Shown here: positions 18,003-28,305 of the stretch, one piece after another
Layout: each line of letters starts with the position of its first letter
Position numbering within the stretch: position 1 is the first letter of the stretch
From: Candidatus Moraniibacteriota bacterium
GTDB lineage: Bacteria > Patescibacteriota > Minisyncoccia > Moranbacterales > GCA-2747515
Direction of reading: 5' to 3'
NCBI GenBank assembly: GCA_038208115.1
Contig: JBBQZC010000001.1
Location: 13,977 to 77,976 of the forward strand
Length of the DNA: 64,000 nt
The notes under the pieces: generated by a model
Databases searched by the model: none
The model's input: only the letters and a program-made list of their open reading frames with translations
Told to the model about the DNA's origin: nothing
Position numbers and translations under genes: made by a program

Positions 18003-20666
18003 CTAGATTGAGGGATTATTTTTCTTTGGAAAAAACGACCAGTCTATAGCGAGATAAAAAGCAACTATAGCCATTAGCCAAATCCAGAATGGTAGTCTAT
18101 CAGATGACTGCAGCTCACTGTCAACGATCGCATTTAGATATTCATTCGGTTTTGACTGGAGATCTTCCAGAGTAACAGGTAATTCTGCAGCATCAGCGAA
18201 GTTGATTAGGCTTGCATAGCCCAAAATTGTAAGTGCATTATAGTCTTTGTTGCTTTCCACTTTTTCTCCATATCCATCTTCACCCTTCGCATTGGTTGCA
18301 TATGCAATATCTGTCTTTTTTCCTGGATTATTCACTGAAAGTTCGTATTTAATCAAAATTTTATCACCCTTTTCCATACTGCCGATCTGCCAGGAATACG
18401 CAACTAATTCTGTATTGTTTTCATCAAGCATTTTGTCTTTGACTAAAATATTATAGATTGTACTATCTCCTGTATTTTCTACGATGATGGTGTTTTGGAT
18501 ATTATCACCAGGTATCACTGAAGCGCCAGCACTACTAATCCTCTTGATGTCAATCTCTGAATCCACATCTTCATCATCATACATAAATTCATCCCCATCA
18601 GATATACTATCAGCAGCAGCATCGTCAGCTACTTCATCGTATTGGTGTATCACCGATGTATCATCCGTAGCGTGATTATTATCTAATTTTACTTCTTTGG
18701 TCGCTGTCGAGATTTCCGCCACAACATGCATACGACTCTCCACATTTTCTGTTTTTTTAACTTTTGCATGAACGATGAGTGTTTTTTCTTCTCCTGCTTT
18801 CATCCCTGGCAAATCCCACGACGTTTGATCTGCCGATATTTCATCAGGCAATGTGAGATCAATCGTGGTCGCCTCACAATCAGCCTGTCCCGCGTTTTTA
18901 TACTGAATCGTATAATCGATGGCCTGTTCTGGTGACACCTGATCCAATCCATCGTCGATAGAAATAGTGAGGTCAGGATAGGCAAATTCGATATCTCCTT
19001 GCCAATGACCCATATTATTCACGACTCCAAAAAACCAATTATCACCAATGATATTGGTATTGATCATATTGAATATATTGGTAACAGCCGAGGCATTTCC
19101 GGTCGTGATATTTCCGCCTGCATTATTACCTCCTGTAAGTGCTGTTGTCTCCACGGTATTATCCACGTGTGCATGATTATTATTGTACACAGTGAGTGCT
19201 CCTACAGGAGATGCGTCGATGGACTCATGACTATCGATATCATACGCCAAGACATCACTCAAATTATCATTACCCCAATTCAAAAGCGTTCCATTCCAAC
19301 TCCCCATATTATTTACCAAGAGCAAAAACCAGTTATTTTTAATGATATTTGTATTGATGACATTTACCACATTCGTTGCAGAGATCGCATCACCAGTCTG
19401 AATGGTCGTAGAGTATGCAGAAGAGTTATTTCCTGTATCAGCTGTTGTCACCATGGTATTATCTACATGTGCATCGTTCTCATTGACAATCACCGTGTCA
19501 CGGAATACACGTGGAGATCTTGTCGTAAGCAATCCCTGACCCGGCACAATCAGATCTCCGATCCAATTCCCAAAAATATTTACATTTGCGAAAAGCCAGT
19601 TTTCACCTATGATATTTGTATTGACATGATTGACAATATCAGTGATAGCGGTCGCACTGCCAGTATTCACATCCACATCGCCTATCAATTCATTTGCGCC
19701 AGTAATTGCTTCTGTTATCACATTGTTTGTTAATTCAGCATTATTTATATTTGTAATCGCCGCACTGATGACATTGCTTCGGTCCTGTGCATCAGAAATA
19801 ATGTGGTGAAAAATTTCGAGAAGATTAATATCACTGACATAATCACCATAAATGTCTATGTTCAGATAATCCCCATTTTGCGTGATCACATTTGTATTAA
19901 TATCATTATTGACAATCGTCACACTCGCAGCATCTCCTGTTTCTACTTGTACAGCCTCATCTGCCTGAACCTGATTATGTGCATCATTGTCTACTATTTG
20001 GTCATACTGTTCATTTTGGCCAGTATTTGCAATTGTCTCTCCATCATTTGAGATCACAGCGTCGTTCACATTTTCAATCAGTACTTCTGGACAAGTTTCA
20101 GGACATATTACAGTCTCTTCACTATCGTCATACTCCTCACCATTTTTTTCATCATTTTCTGGATTAACCTCTCTAGGACACGCGCACGCATCGACGATAT
20201 TTTCTCCGGCAGGCATTGTTTGCACTGACTCTCCAGCAAGAGTAGCCTTATCCAACACATTTTCAGACACATTTACATCTGTCGTCAACGCACTAGCTGG
20301 ATTTGATTCATTTTGCTCTATAGAAGACACCGCTTGTGCAGTCGATTCCGACATAGAAGGATTTTTATCTGCATCATCTGTTTTTATGTCATCTTCATGA
20401 TCATTAGCTGTATCATCCTGTGCAGTTATGTCAACTTCCTCACTTTCAGATTTTTCCTCTGCTTTTTTATCACGTGAATCATCTGCGATTACATCTTCCT
20501 TTGCCTCATTCGTTATTGCAGTCTCTTCGGCATGTACGTAAAAAACAGGACAAAGCTGTCCGCATATTAAAAAAAATATCATAAAATGAGCAAGTATTTT
20601 GGGAAAGCGTCTTTTTTTCATCATATATTTATTACCACGTGTTCGGCTAATTATACGTATTTTCAC
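18003..20666 (-). CDS. Large secreted, cell-surface-anchored repeat protein (887 aa)
   Basis: Signal peptide, an acidic N-region, three about 100-aa internal repeats (..NTNIIGENW/NNW..NIFGNW/MGSWNGTL..), a DUF11/CARDB-like beta domain and a C-terminal hydrophobic anchor (LPFWIWLMAIVAFYLAI). Confidence 0.6.
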   Translation of the reverse strand: MKIRIISRTRGNKYMMKKRRFPKILAHFMIFFLICGQLCPVFYVHAEETAITNEAKEDVIADDSRDKKAEEKSESEEVDITAQDDTANDHEDDIKTDDADKNPSMSESTAQAVSSIEQNESNPASALTTDVNVSENVLDKATLAGESVQTMPAGENIVDACACPREVNPENDEKNGEEYDDSEETVICPETCPEVLIENVNDAVISNDGETIANTGQNEQYDQIVDNDAHNQVQADEAVQVETGDAASVTIVNNDINTNVITQNGDYLNIDIYGDYVSDINLLEIFHHIISDAQDRSNVISAAITNINNAELTNNVITEAITGANELIGDVDVNTGSATAITDIVNHVNTNIIGENWLFANVNIFGNWIGDLIVPGQGLLTTRSPRVFRDTVIVNENDAHVDNTMVTTADTGNNSSAYSTTIQTGDAISATNVVNVINTNIIKNNWFLLLVNNMGSWNGTLLNWGNDNLSDVLAYDIDSHESIDASPVGALTVYNNNHAHVDNTVETTALTGGNNAGGNITTGNASAVTNIFNMINTNIIGDNWFFGVVNNMGHWQGDIEFAYPDLTISIDDGLDQVSPEQAIDYTIQYKNAGQADCEATTIDLTLPDEISADQTSWDLPGMKAGEEKTLIVHAKVKKTENVESRMHVVAEISTATKEVKLDNNHATDDTSVIHQYDEVADDAAADSISDGDEFMYDDEDVDSEIDIKRISSAGASVIPGDNIQNTIIVENTGDSTIYNILVKDKMLDENNTELVAYSWQIGSMEKGDKILIKYELSVNNPGKKTDIAYATNAKGEDGYGEKVESNKDYNALTILGYASLINFADAAELPVTLEDLQSKPNEYLNAIVDSELQSSDRLPFWIWLMAIVAFYLAIDWSFFPKKNNPSI

Positions 20667-20997
20667 ATTTTTTTAAAAAAAGTATCTGATTTTTTCTTTC
20701 TTATGATGATACTTTGTATTTCGCATCGCGAATTGAAATACTGTTAGTTTTTTTATTTTGATATTTATTTTCAACAATCACATCGATCAGAATATCCACA
20801 CACGTGCACCAGAAATATTATTATTTTGGATACTCGTAGGAACATGTATTCATATTATGACCGAATCATCCGCTTTTTTATAAAATCTTATTGATTAAGT
20901 ATTTTTAACAAATTGAAACATGAAATCTTTTTTTATGATGACACGTCCACCACTAATGCAATGAAAAAATTATAATGATTTCTTTCTTTTAGGCTTA

Positions 20998-21028
20998 TAG
21001 GAGAAGACCGATATCAATCTTCTCCTAC
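20998..21028 (-). terminator. Terminator-like hairpin after the 21054..21584 gene
   Basis: TAGGAGAAGAccgatatcaaTCTTCTCCTA: a perfect 10-bp stem. Confidence 0.4.
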
Positions 21029-21053
21029 ACCTAACGAAAGTCAACTTACTCGC

Positions 21054-21584
21054 TTATTTGTTGATTGTAATATTGGAGGTACCTACGACATTCGTAAGAA
21101 GCATTTGTGCACCAGCGTAACCTGTCGTGACACTTCCTTTACCAATTTTGTTCTTTCCGGTATTAGCAGCAGTGATAACCATATTACCAATATTAGCATT
21201 GCTAGTGGTATTGATAGATACAGCACCTTGTGCAGGCATTGTGACTTTTATGGTTGCATCACCAGCGCCATTTCCCACTTCTGCCATAGCCTCAGCGTTA
21301 CCAGTAGTAATTGAGCCAGCTGAACTAGGATGATTATCATGACTGCGAGAATCCATCGTTTGCCCGCCTTTGGACAAATTTAACCCAGTATTACTAAGAG
21401 TCATAATTTTATTGGCAATAGTAGCATTGCTTGTGGTCGTAAGAGTCAAACTTGGACAACATGTGTTTTCACAATTGTTGCAATTGTGATCATCATGTCC
21501 CATTGTTGGAGCTTTAGCGAAAACTACGTTTGCTGTCAAAGCGAAAGCGAAAGTTGCTACTCCAAAGATTATTAATTTTTTCAT
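21054..21584 (-). CDS. Small secreted repeat protein related to the N-terminal repeats of the 887-aa surface protein
   Basis: Signal peptide, a Cys cluster (HNCNNCENTCCPS), then repeated T/N/G-rich units (TSNATIANKIMTLSNTGLN / TTSNANIGNMVITAANTGKN). Confidence 0.5.
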   Translation of the reverse strand: MKKLIIFGVATFAFALTANVVFAKAPTMGHDDHNCNNCENTCCPSLTLTTTSNATIANKIMTLSNTGLNLSKGGQTMDSRSHDNHPSSAGSITTGNAEAMAEVGNGAGDATIKVTMPAQGAVSINTTSNANIGNMVITAANTGKNKIGKGSVTTGYAGAQMLLTNVVGTSNITINK

Positions 21585-21791
21585 GCGTGTTTCACCTTCC
21601 TTTCTAGCTTAATCTGTTGAATAGACTTAAATTGATCCAACAGATTTGATATTACCAGCTGAGAGTTTCATGAACGCTTCAGCTGATCTTGACTTTTTAT
21701 GTGTCTACAAATTAAGTGCGGATGCACCAATCGTGATTTGTACATTCGTACGCAATTCACCCGTTTGCCTTTTGGGACAGGCAATTTGTAG

Positions 21792-22102
21792 AAAAAAAGC
21801 CAATTGCATCACACCAACCGACGTTGATAGTATGCAATTGACTTACAAAATTCAATTTGTATCTAGAAATAGACATTTCACCCGTACTTAATTTTTACGA
21901 AATAAAAAAACCGACTTATATCAAAAAACTCCTGTTTTTTGAATTAAGCCGGTTTTGCCATTTGACTCCCCACATGCTCGTTAGCAACCAATAAAGTTTC
22001 TCATCTCTTTAGAAACCCATGCATGTAGATCAACATCTCTTAAATATATTCGATTTTAAATTCAACTTTATTGAAGTATACCATTTTCAAAAAATCGCAC
22101 AA
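21792..22102 (-). ncRNA. Structured leader RNA, copy D, 5' of the small secreted repeat protein gene
   Basis: Minus strand: TTGTGC-16-TATACT (plus 22097-22102 and 22075-22080). Core UUAAGAGAUGUUGAUCUACAUGC...UUGGUUGCUAACGAGCAUGUGGGGAGUCAAAUGGCAAAACCGG. Terminator hairpin at plus 21904-21960. Second hairpin plus U-tract at plus 21792-21845. Confidence 0.5.
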
Positions 22103-22356
22103 GTTGAGTTATCCACAGTCCCCTCCATTTTAAAAAATACTCACTATAGAACTCTTTTATCAAAATCTCATACTACACATATGTAACTACGAAAAAATAT
22201 AAAAACCATTCCCATGCGCGAGACTGTTTTTTTTAAACATACAGTGTGACGAAAATTTATGAGAAATGCACTTTCTGCGTCTCCCACCAGGTAGTAGATG
22301 ACTATATTGTCATTTATTGGTTCTCATGATAAATTAAGTGCATATCGATTAGTTCT

Positions 22357-22875
22357 TTGCACCATTCAACTATCCACACAACAAGAAAAGGAGTCGTATT
22401 TATGGATATCAAGATTCGCATAGGCAAAACTCGTATCGTTGTTATCTGTGGATCCTTCGCATATAAGATCGTCCGTTTTCGCTTATATGACCTGCTGTGT
22501 AAATGGGTAAAACTGGAATATGAAAAGAGAAAATATGATAACAAAACCGCATATGTCAACGTAAAAAGACATACGCGAAAGCAACTTATAACAGATATGC
22601 TCATTGCATGTTTTCGCGCCAACTACACAGAACATGAACATTGGCGCAGATGTCCTAATGCAGACAAATTCGTACCAACACTTTTTACATTCTTCTATCT
22701 CATCAACATTCAAGAACGCGATGAGGTAGCACGAGATTATTCCAACAAGTTCATATCTTCCGCACACAATCGAAAATGTGGCGACTACTTACTGGGAGAT
22801 GACAGTTTACACATCGACAATTTTACAGTTGCAGGGAGACTACTTGATTATGGAGGAGTGCCTCTCGAACCGTAA
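22357..22875 (+). CDS. Hypothetical protein
   Basis: 172-aa ORF, probable start at internal MDIKIRIGK. Lone plus-strand gene in a minus-strand region. No motif recognised. Confidence 0.35.
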   Translation: MHHSTIHTTRKGVVFMDIKIRIGKTRIVVICGSFAYKIVRFRLYDLLCKWVKLEYEKRKYDNKTAYVNVKRHTRKQLITDMLIACFRANYTEHEHWRRCPNADKFVPTLFTFFYLINIQERDEVARDYSNKFISSAHNRKCGDYLLGDDSLHIDNFTVAGRLLDYGGVPLEP

Positions 22876-23112
22876 GATGCATATGACCATTTCACTAAAG
22901 CACAAACCTGTTTGGACGATTGTCCAGACAGGTTATTTTTTTCTTACATTATTGCTATTATATGCCTTTCACGCACACCGTGTATACTACCATATTTTTC
23001 ATCTATCCTGACATTTTACTTAACATTTATCTTCATTTTTTGTCCGTTGTATTGTAGCAAAATAAAAAAGTCGTCACATTGAAAATATTACACTCTCAAT
23101 GGACGACTCGCG

Positions 23113-23559
23113 TTATGTCTCTGTTTGATGGTTGATCAAACATAACAATATTTCTGCAATCACTTCATTATACGAATCGGTGACACCACAGACTGAAACC
23201 ATGCATCCCAGTCGATAAACTGCAGTAGCAGAAGGATGTATGTGATTATGTGTTTTTGACAAAGGCAAAAGATTAGCAGTTGTTACTCCGAGTTCTCTCA
23301 CTTTTTGTTTAAGATGCATAAGTGCATCATGTGCAGAATTCTGGCACTGTGCTGATGTCCCCCATACAGTCTCCCAATCACGATGATCTGAATTTTGTCC
23401 AAAATTAGCGACAAATACAGCATCAGTGTCCGCAGATGTGGCCAACGTCGATACAAACGACGGTCCCCATATTGCTTCCGGCTCATCCAATATTCTCAAA
23501 ATGGTTGGCGATGCCAATTTCACTGCTTTGTCCAGCATTTCCTTAGTCAATACCTTCAT
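23113..23559 (-). CDS. Hypothetical protein
   Basis: 148-aa ORF, coding-like, no motif recognised. Confidence 0.4.
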   Translation of the reverse strand: MKVLTKEMLDKAVKLASPTILRILDEPEAIWGPSFVSTLATSADTDAVFVANFGQNSDHRDWETVWGTSAQCQNSAHDALMHLKQKVRELGVTTANLLPLSKTHNHIHPSATAVYRLGCMVSVCGVTDSYNEVIAEILLCLINHQTET

Positions 23560-23723
23560 GTGTCTTTCTCCCTATGGATTTTTTGCAATCATTTCGACTC
23601 TTCTCAATAAACTATTAATTAAAAATGGATAATCATAGCACATCACTCTGTCAATTTTATCAAAATTTTTAAATAAATAACCGCTAATAGTTGCATTTCT
23701 ATCAACGGTTACTCCACGATATA

Positions 23724-24353
23724 TCATTTCATGAGGCTAATCTCATAAAGCATTAATGGATCACCATGGTTTTGTCTTTCAACTTCAAAACAAAACGGCT
23801 TTTCGTTTTCCAAAAGAAAATGCAAATACCATTCCAAATCTCTTCTCCCTGAACGAAATTCTGGTGCTGGCAATACACCTCTTGCAGAAATTTTTTTGCA
23901 GACCACAAATGGCGTTATTGTCTCAATGATCATCATATCGACTGAATCTCGAAGATTTCTACGCAAAACGTGCACGAGATCCGTCACACTTAGACACACC
24001 TTCTCATGCAAATCAAAATATTTTGAACGCCAAGAATCATCCTTGATTTCTTCCGCAGTGATGGTGATTACGCATCTGCAGTGATTGGTGAAAATAATTA
24101 AATTCTGATGAATTTTTAAAGAATGAAATAAAGAGAGAATTCTAAGCGCTGATGCGAGATCCGGAGAAATAATATTGATATATGGATCTAAGTTCATTTC
24201 GCCATCAGGCAAATTTATCCGATTCATAGACTCTGGCAACGCAGAAATATAAAGGTTCTTTACTCCGATATTTTTTAAACCCTCCCTAATAAGAACTATA
24301 ATACTTTTACTTTCGTCACCATAACCGAGCACACCTATTCTGACTACGGACAT
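23724..24353 (-). CDS. Hypothetical protein with Rossmann-like N-terminus
   Basis: N-terminus MSVVRIGVLGYGDESKSIIVLI suggests a beta-alpha-beta nucleotide-binding start. Family not identified. Confidence 0.4.
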   Translation of the reverse strand: MSVVRIGVLGYGDESKSIIVLIREGLKNIGVKNLYISALPESMNRINLPDGEMNLDPYINIISPDLASALRILSLFHSLKIHQNLIIFTNHCRCVITITAEEIKDDSWRSKYFDLHEKVCLSVTDLVHVLRRNLRDSVDMMIIETITPFVVCKKISARGVLPAPEFRSGRRDLEWYLHFLLENEKPFCFEVERQNHGDPLMLYEISLMK

Positions 24354-24773
24354 AGTCTTCTCCTCGTAAATTGATGTGAAAAATTAAATGGATGCATCCC
24401 AAAGAACATCTATAATGCGTACTATATACACTATATTAATTATTCACTATACTTTGTTTTCAAACTTTTGTCAATCAAATCTGCTCCAACTCCATTCTGA
24501 AGTGCAATTTTCTTTTCTATCAAAAAACACTTCGTAACTGTTTTTTTGGGTGGGGGGATGATATTATAGTATGATATAGCTACCACATTTGGATATGAAC
24601 AACTAAAAAATGAAGTAAATCTATATTGCAGATATTTTGTCATCACAACGTTCATTACTTTTTTATAATATTCTTTTATTGAAACATTATAGCTCAATTT
24701 CATCACTCGCTTCACATCTACAAAAAATTAAAAGTCAATCCCATAAATTCTGGGATTGACCTCTTTCTGCTTT

Positions 24774-25391
24774 TTACATCTGTGGACATACGGCAGTTTT
24801 CCACCAATTTGTGATGGCAGCATCATATGCGGCAGTAAGATCAAATACTTTTCCCGCCAGATAAAACCGCGTCTGTAATGTCGTGTTACCCGTTTTGCGG
24901 ATTTCTGCCAATACTTGTGGGTAATCCGCCGGATCTACAATGACTGTAACATCATGGAAATTTTTGGCAGCTGCACGTATCATACCCGGCCCTCCGATAT
25001 CGATGTTTTCGATAGCATCAGCAACCGAGCATTTCGGATTTGCGATAGTCTTTTCAAAAGCATACAGATTTACGAGGACGAGATCGATGTTCTTCAAATC
25101 ATGCGCAGCACATTCATCCTGATGCTTGAGATTGCTACGCTGGTTCAAGATGCCGCCATGCACTTTGGGATGCATGGTCTTGACCCGACCATCCAGCATT
25201 TCTGGAAAACCCGTGAACTCCGCGACGTCCATGACGGTCACGCCACTTTCCCGCAATTTATTTGCAGTGCCACCGGTTGACAGGATTTGGATTTTCATAT
25301 GTGCCAATTCTCTGGCAAAATCTTCAATACCAGATTTATCTGTCAAGCTGATAAGCGCCCGTTCGATTGGCCTGATGAGATGTGCTTGCAT
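24774..25391 (-). CDS. purH: Stand-alone IMP cyclohydrolase (PurH N-terminal MGS-like domain only)
   Basis: ALISLTDKSG...STGGTANKLRESG...GRVKTMHPKVHGGIL matches the PurH IMPCH domain. The protein is only about 205 aa, so the AICAR transformylase domain is absent. Start taken at the internal MQAHLIRP. Confidence 0.7.
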   Translation of the reverse strand: MQAHLIRPIERALISLTDKSGIEDFARELAHMKIQILSTGGTANKLRESGVTVMDVAEFTGFPEMLDGRVKTMHPKVHGGILNQRSNLKHQDECAAHDLKNIDLVLVNLYAFEKTIANPKCSVADAIENIDIGGPGMIRAAAKNFHDVTVIVDPADYPQVLAEIRKTGNTTLQTRFYLAGKVFDLTAAYDAAITNWWKTAVCPQM

Positions 25392-25565
25392 TATGTACTC
25401 CTTTCTTTCTATTCCTGACAATAAAAAGCTTTATGTGATCGATTGCGCAATCAGGTGCGCACATGAAACTATCCCTTTTTCAAATAACAACGATTCTTTA
25501 ATATATCGCAAAAATAGGTTAATTGTCAATAAAAAATTAACTGAATTTTAATCACATAAATAAAA

Positions 25566-25597
25566 AGCATCTCATCACGAACTCGCGAAAAGATGCT
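25566..25597 (-). terminator. Intrinsic terminator after the 25610..26089 gene
   Basis: Minus-strand RNA GGAGCAUCUUUUCGCGAGUUCGUGAUGAGAUGCUUUUUAUUU: hairpin plus U-tract. Confidence 0.45.
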
Positions 25598-25609
25598 CCA
25601 TCCTCGTCA

Positions 25610-26089
25610 TCAATAAGACGATGTCTGCCACTCTACCACTCGCGTGCCATGATTATTTACACACACACGAATAATCACGTAAATCGGCGAGAGACTCTTA
25701 TCTCTGTACTTTCTTACGACTGCCGTGCAGACTGGCAAGAGAATAAAGTATCGAGAAATATGTATTTGCATCCGTGTACCATTTTTTTCATAAGATGGCA
25801 CAGCATCATATAGAAAAACTGGTGTTTTTCTCATCGAGCGACTTGGGCATGAGATCTGCGACAACGAGATGCTCCTTACCACCGTAGCCTTTTTTGGCAG
25901 AGCGCCAAAAAGCAAATCTCCATCAAAGACTACAAGTGCCCTTTGCTCACGTTCATCCAGAGGAATACGATATTCACCTGAGAGTTCATCGGGAAAACTG
26001 ACAGAAACGCTTTTTGCATCGTTCCTATGTACATCCAATGTTCCGACAGATTTTTCATGACGATAATGGTAGATCTTTTCTGACATCAA
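25610..26089 (-). CDS. Hypothetical protein
   Basis: 159-aa ORF followed by a terminator. The C-terminal third is low-complexity and Cys-rich. Confidence 0.35.
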   Translation of the reverse strand: MMSEKIYHYRHEKSVGTLDVHRNDAKSVSVSFPDELSGEYRIPLDEREQRALVVFDGDLLFGALPKKATVVRSISLSQISCPSRSMRKTPVFLYDAVPSYEKNGTRMQIHISRYFILLPVCTAVVRKYRDKSLSPIYVIIRVCVNNHGTRVVEWQTSSY

Positions 26090-26327
26090 TAGTCCTCCTC
26101 AAATAAAATAGTGTAATAGCAAAATAGATTTCAACACAAAGAACATGAACAAAGCATTTTATCTCTCTTTTTACATCATGTCAATAACACGATCCTCAAC
26201 TCAAAACTCGCAACAATGTCCTCCCACACCAAGGAATCTTGACCATAAGAACGACAAAATAAAATAATATATTGCGAAATGGTCCTGAAAGTATCACGAC
26301 AAGCAATAACAATTCATGTATTCTTTT

Positions 26328-27251
26328 TTAATGGATTATATCCGCGATCGATTGACTTTTATATTGATCATTGCAAATCGTCTGTGCCACTTCATCACCA
26401 AACACCAATGCTTGATAAATCCCCTCTCCAGTAAAGCCTGAGGTTATACCCGCTGCATCACCAATCAAAAAAACGTTGTCAAAATGATATCCACGATAAT
26501 CACAATTGATTGGATGTGCTTCCATCGGAATATTATCAACGATGATGTTCTCTTTCTGAAGCCACATGTTAAATTTATCCATTGATTTTTTTGCTGACAA
26601 GATTTTTGGAAAATACCCTGTACCAATCGATGTCCTCTGTGCATACGGAAAAATCCATGCATACCATGAATGAAATAATCGCGTATCAAAGATGATTTCG
26701 ATATCTTTAAATTCTTTATAAGAAGTCGGTATAATATATTGATATGCCACACCAAATCTATCAGTAGCAATATTCAAAAATTTCCGCACGATTGAATGCG
26801 ACCCGTCGGCACCGACTAAATGATTATAGTAAATCTTATGCAAACCTTGTATGACAATATGATCGTTTGCAATACTGGTAACAGTTGTCCCAGAGCTTAC
26901 CGTCACATTTTTCATATCATCCAATTTGTGCAATTGCCATTGTCCCAGATTTTTACGGTCGATTGTATAGAGAAACACACCACCAAAATTGATACGCGTC
27001 ACAAATGATCCAATGCGAAACACGATGTTATCAAAAGTATTTTCTATGATTTGATCAGGCATTCCGATACTTTGCAAATAAACAATCGCTTTCCGTGTCA
27101 ACCCACCTGCGCAAATCTTGGGACCAATAAGGTCTTTTTTTTCAAGGATTAGGACACTTTTACCCGCATTGCCGAGCACCTCCGCACAACGCAAGCCACC
27201 TGGCCCAGCCCCCACGATCACCACATCATATTTTTCTTTGTATAACATCAC
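26328..27251 (-). CDS. FAD-dependent geranylgeranyl reductase family oxidoreductase
   Basis: YDVVIVGAGPGGLRCAE (FAD GxGxxG) and LIGDAAG (GD motif). The length and layout match the GGR/ChlP family. Confidence 0.7.
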   Translation of the reverse strand: MMLYKEKYDVVIVGAGPGGLRCAEVLGNAGKSVLILEKKDLIGPKICAGGLTRKAIVYLQSIGMPDQIIENTFDNIVFRIGSFVTRINFGGVFLYTIDRKNLGQWQLHKLDDMKNVTVSSGTTVTSIANDHIVIQGLHKIYYNHLVGADGSHSIVRKFLNIATDRFGVAYQYIIPTSYKEFKDIEIIFDTRLFHSWYAWIFPYAQRTSIGTGYFPKILSAKKSMDKFNMWLQKENIIVDNIPMEAHPINCDYRGYHFDNVFLIGDAAGITSGFTGEGIYQALVFGDEVAQTICNDQYKSQSIADIIH

Positions 27252-27424
27252 AAGGATAGCACTAAATTTATATTAAAAAATACTACATATAATCAGTAAT
27301 ATATTTTAATTCTACACAATAATCCCCTAAAATACAATTTCCACTCATGAAATACCAAAAATACAGATGACATGTGGTAGATGACAGTGTCGTATTACAG
27401 AAATAATATGGATATCTCTGGCAA

Positions 27425-27664
27425 TTAACGGAGTGCTCTGACAATTGCAATCAAAATGACTGCGCCAAGCAAAGCAACGAGAAAGCTATAAAAATTAAAC
27501 CCTGTTACACCAGTTTTGCCAAATATGCTCATGACATAGCCACCAATGACCGATCCTATAATCCCTACGATAATATCAAGAATAAGCCCTTCATTTGTAC
27601 CCATGATCATGGATGCGACCCACCCTACAATGGCACCAAATGCGATCCAAATAATGATTTCCAT
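27425..27664 (-). CDS. GlsB/YeaQ/YmgE family small membrane protein (transglycosylase-associated)
   Basis: IIWIAFGAIVGWVASMIMG...GIIGSVIGGYV pattern typical of PF04226. Confidence 0.7.
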   Translation of the reverse strand: MEIIIWIAFGAIVGWVASMIMGTNEGLILDIIVGIIGSVIGGYVMSIFGKTGVTGFNFYSFLVALLGAVILIAIVRALR

Positions 27665-27698
27665 AGTTTTAGTTGTTAATATTTAATTGAACTGCAGT

Positions 27699-28043
27699 TT
27701 ATCGGTCTTGTTGGCTTAATTTACTTTGAGCTATCATGTCACTAACAGGGCGACCCATCAAAAAAATTTTGATGACAGCCCACGCTACGAGCCAATAGAT
27801 TATCATAGCCAAAATTGTCGTCCTTTCAAAAAAACTGCCCTGCGTATACAGATTTCGAAAAACGGCTTCAAATGGTATGGCAAAAAAGCCAGATACACTG
27901 TAAATGAAACTAGTAAAACCAGCTAACGGATTAGCTTGAAGCAACTTCAATATGAAGCGAAGTAACAAAAAAGCCTCTAAAACCATCAAGACATACCAGA
28001 TAATCTGTGTTCCTCGATATAAAGATTTTGATTGTGTGTCCAT
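27699..28043 (-). CDS. Small membrane protein (YggT-like, tentative)
   Basis: 114 aa with two or three TM helices. Family call is tentative. Confidence 0.35.
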   Translation of the reverse strand: MDTQSKSLYRGTQIIWYVLMVLEAFLLLRFILKLLQANPLAGFTSFIYSVSGFFAIPFEAVFRNLYTQGSFFERTTILAMIIYWLVAWAVIKIFLMGRPVSDMIAQSKLSQQDR

Positions 28044-28305
28044 ATGTGTTTGTTTTAAAAATTATTCCTTGACGGAATATATTACTAACACATTGTCGAC
28101 CTCAATTTTTACTGACGTGCAATATATGCGGTACATTAACACATAAGTTGATGAACTACTAATACACAATGTGCACTCATGAGATATTAAAATCTCATTA
28201 TGATAAACCTTTTATCATTTATACGCTATTTTTTTGAAAACTACATCAACTCATAGATACAATCATCAAAACCATCACTATAGATGTGCAAAACAAAAAT
28301 ATTAA

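Noticed and set aside
18999-19733. Long plus-strand ORFs (e.g. 18999..19733, 12643..13257, 44435..45022, 46146..46571, 59536..60090) inside large genes on the other strand
   Set aside because: Antisense reading frames of well-supported genes (surface protein, TasA-like, ftsZ, ftsA, UDP-sugar dehydrogenase) with biased, repetitive composition.
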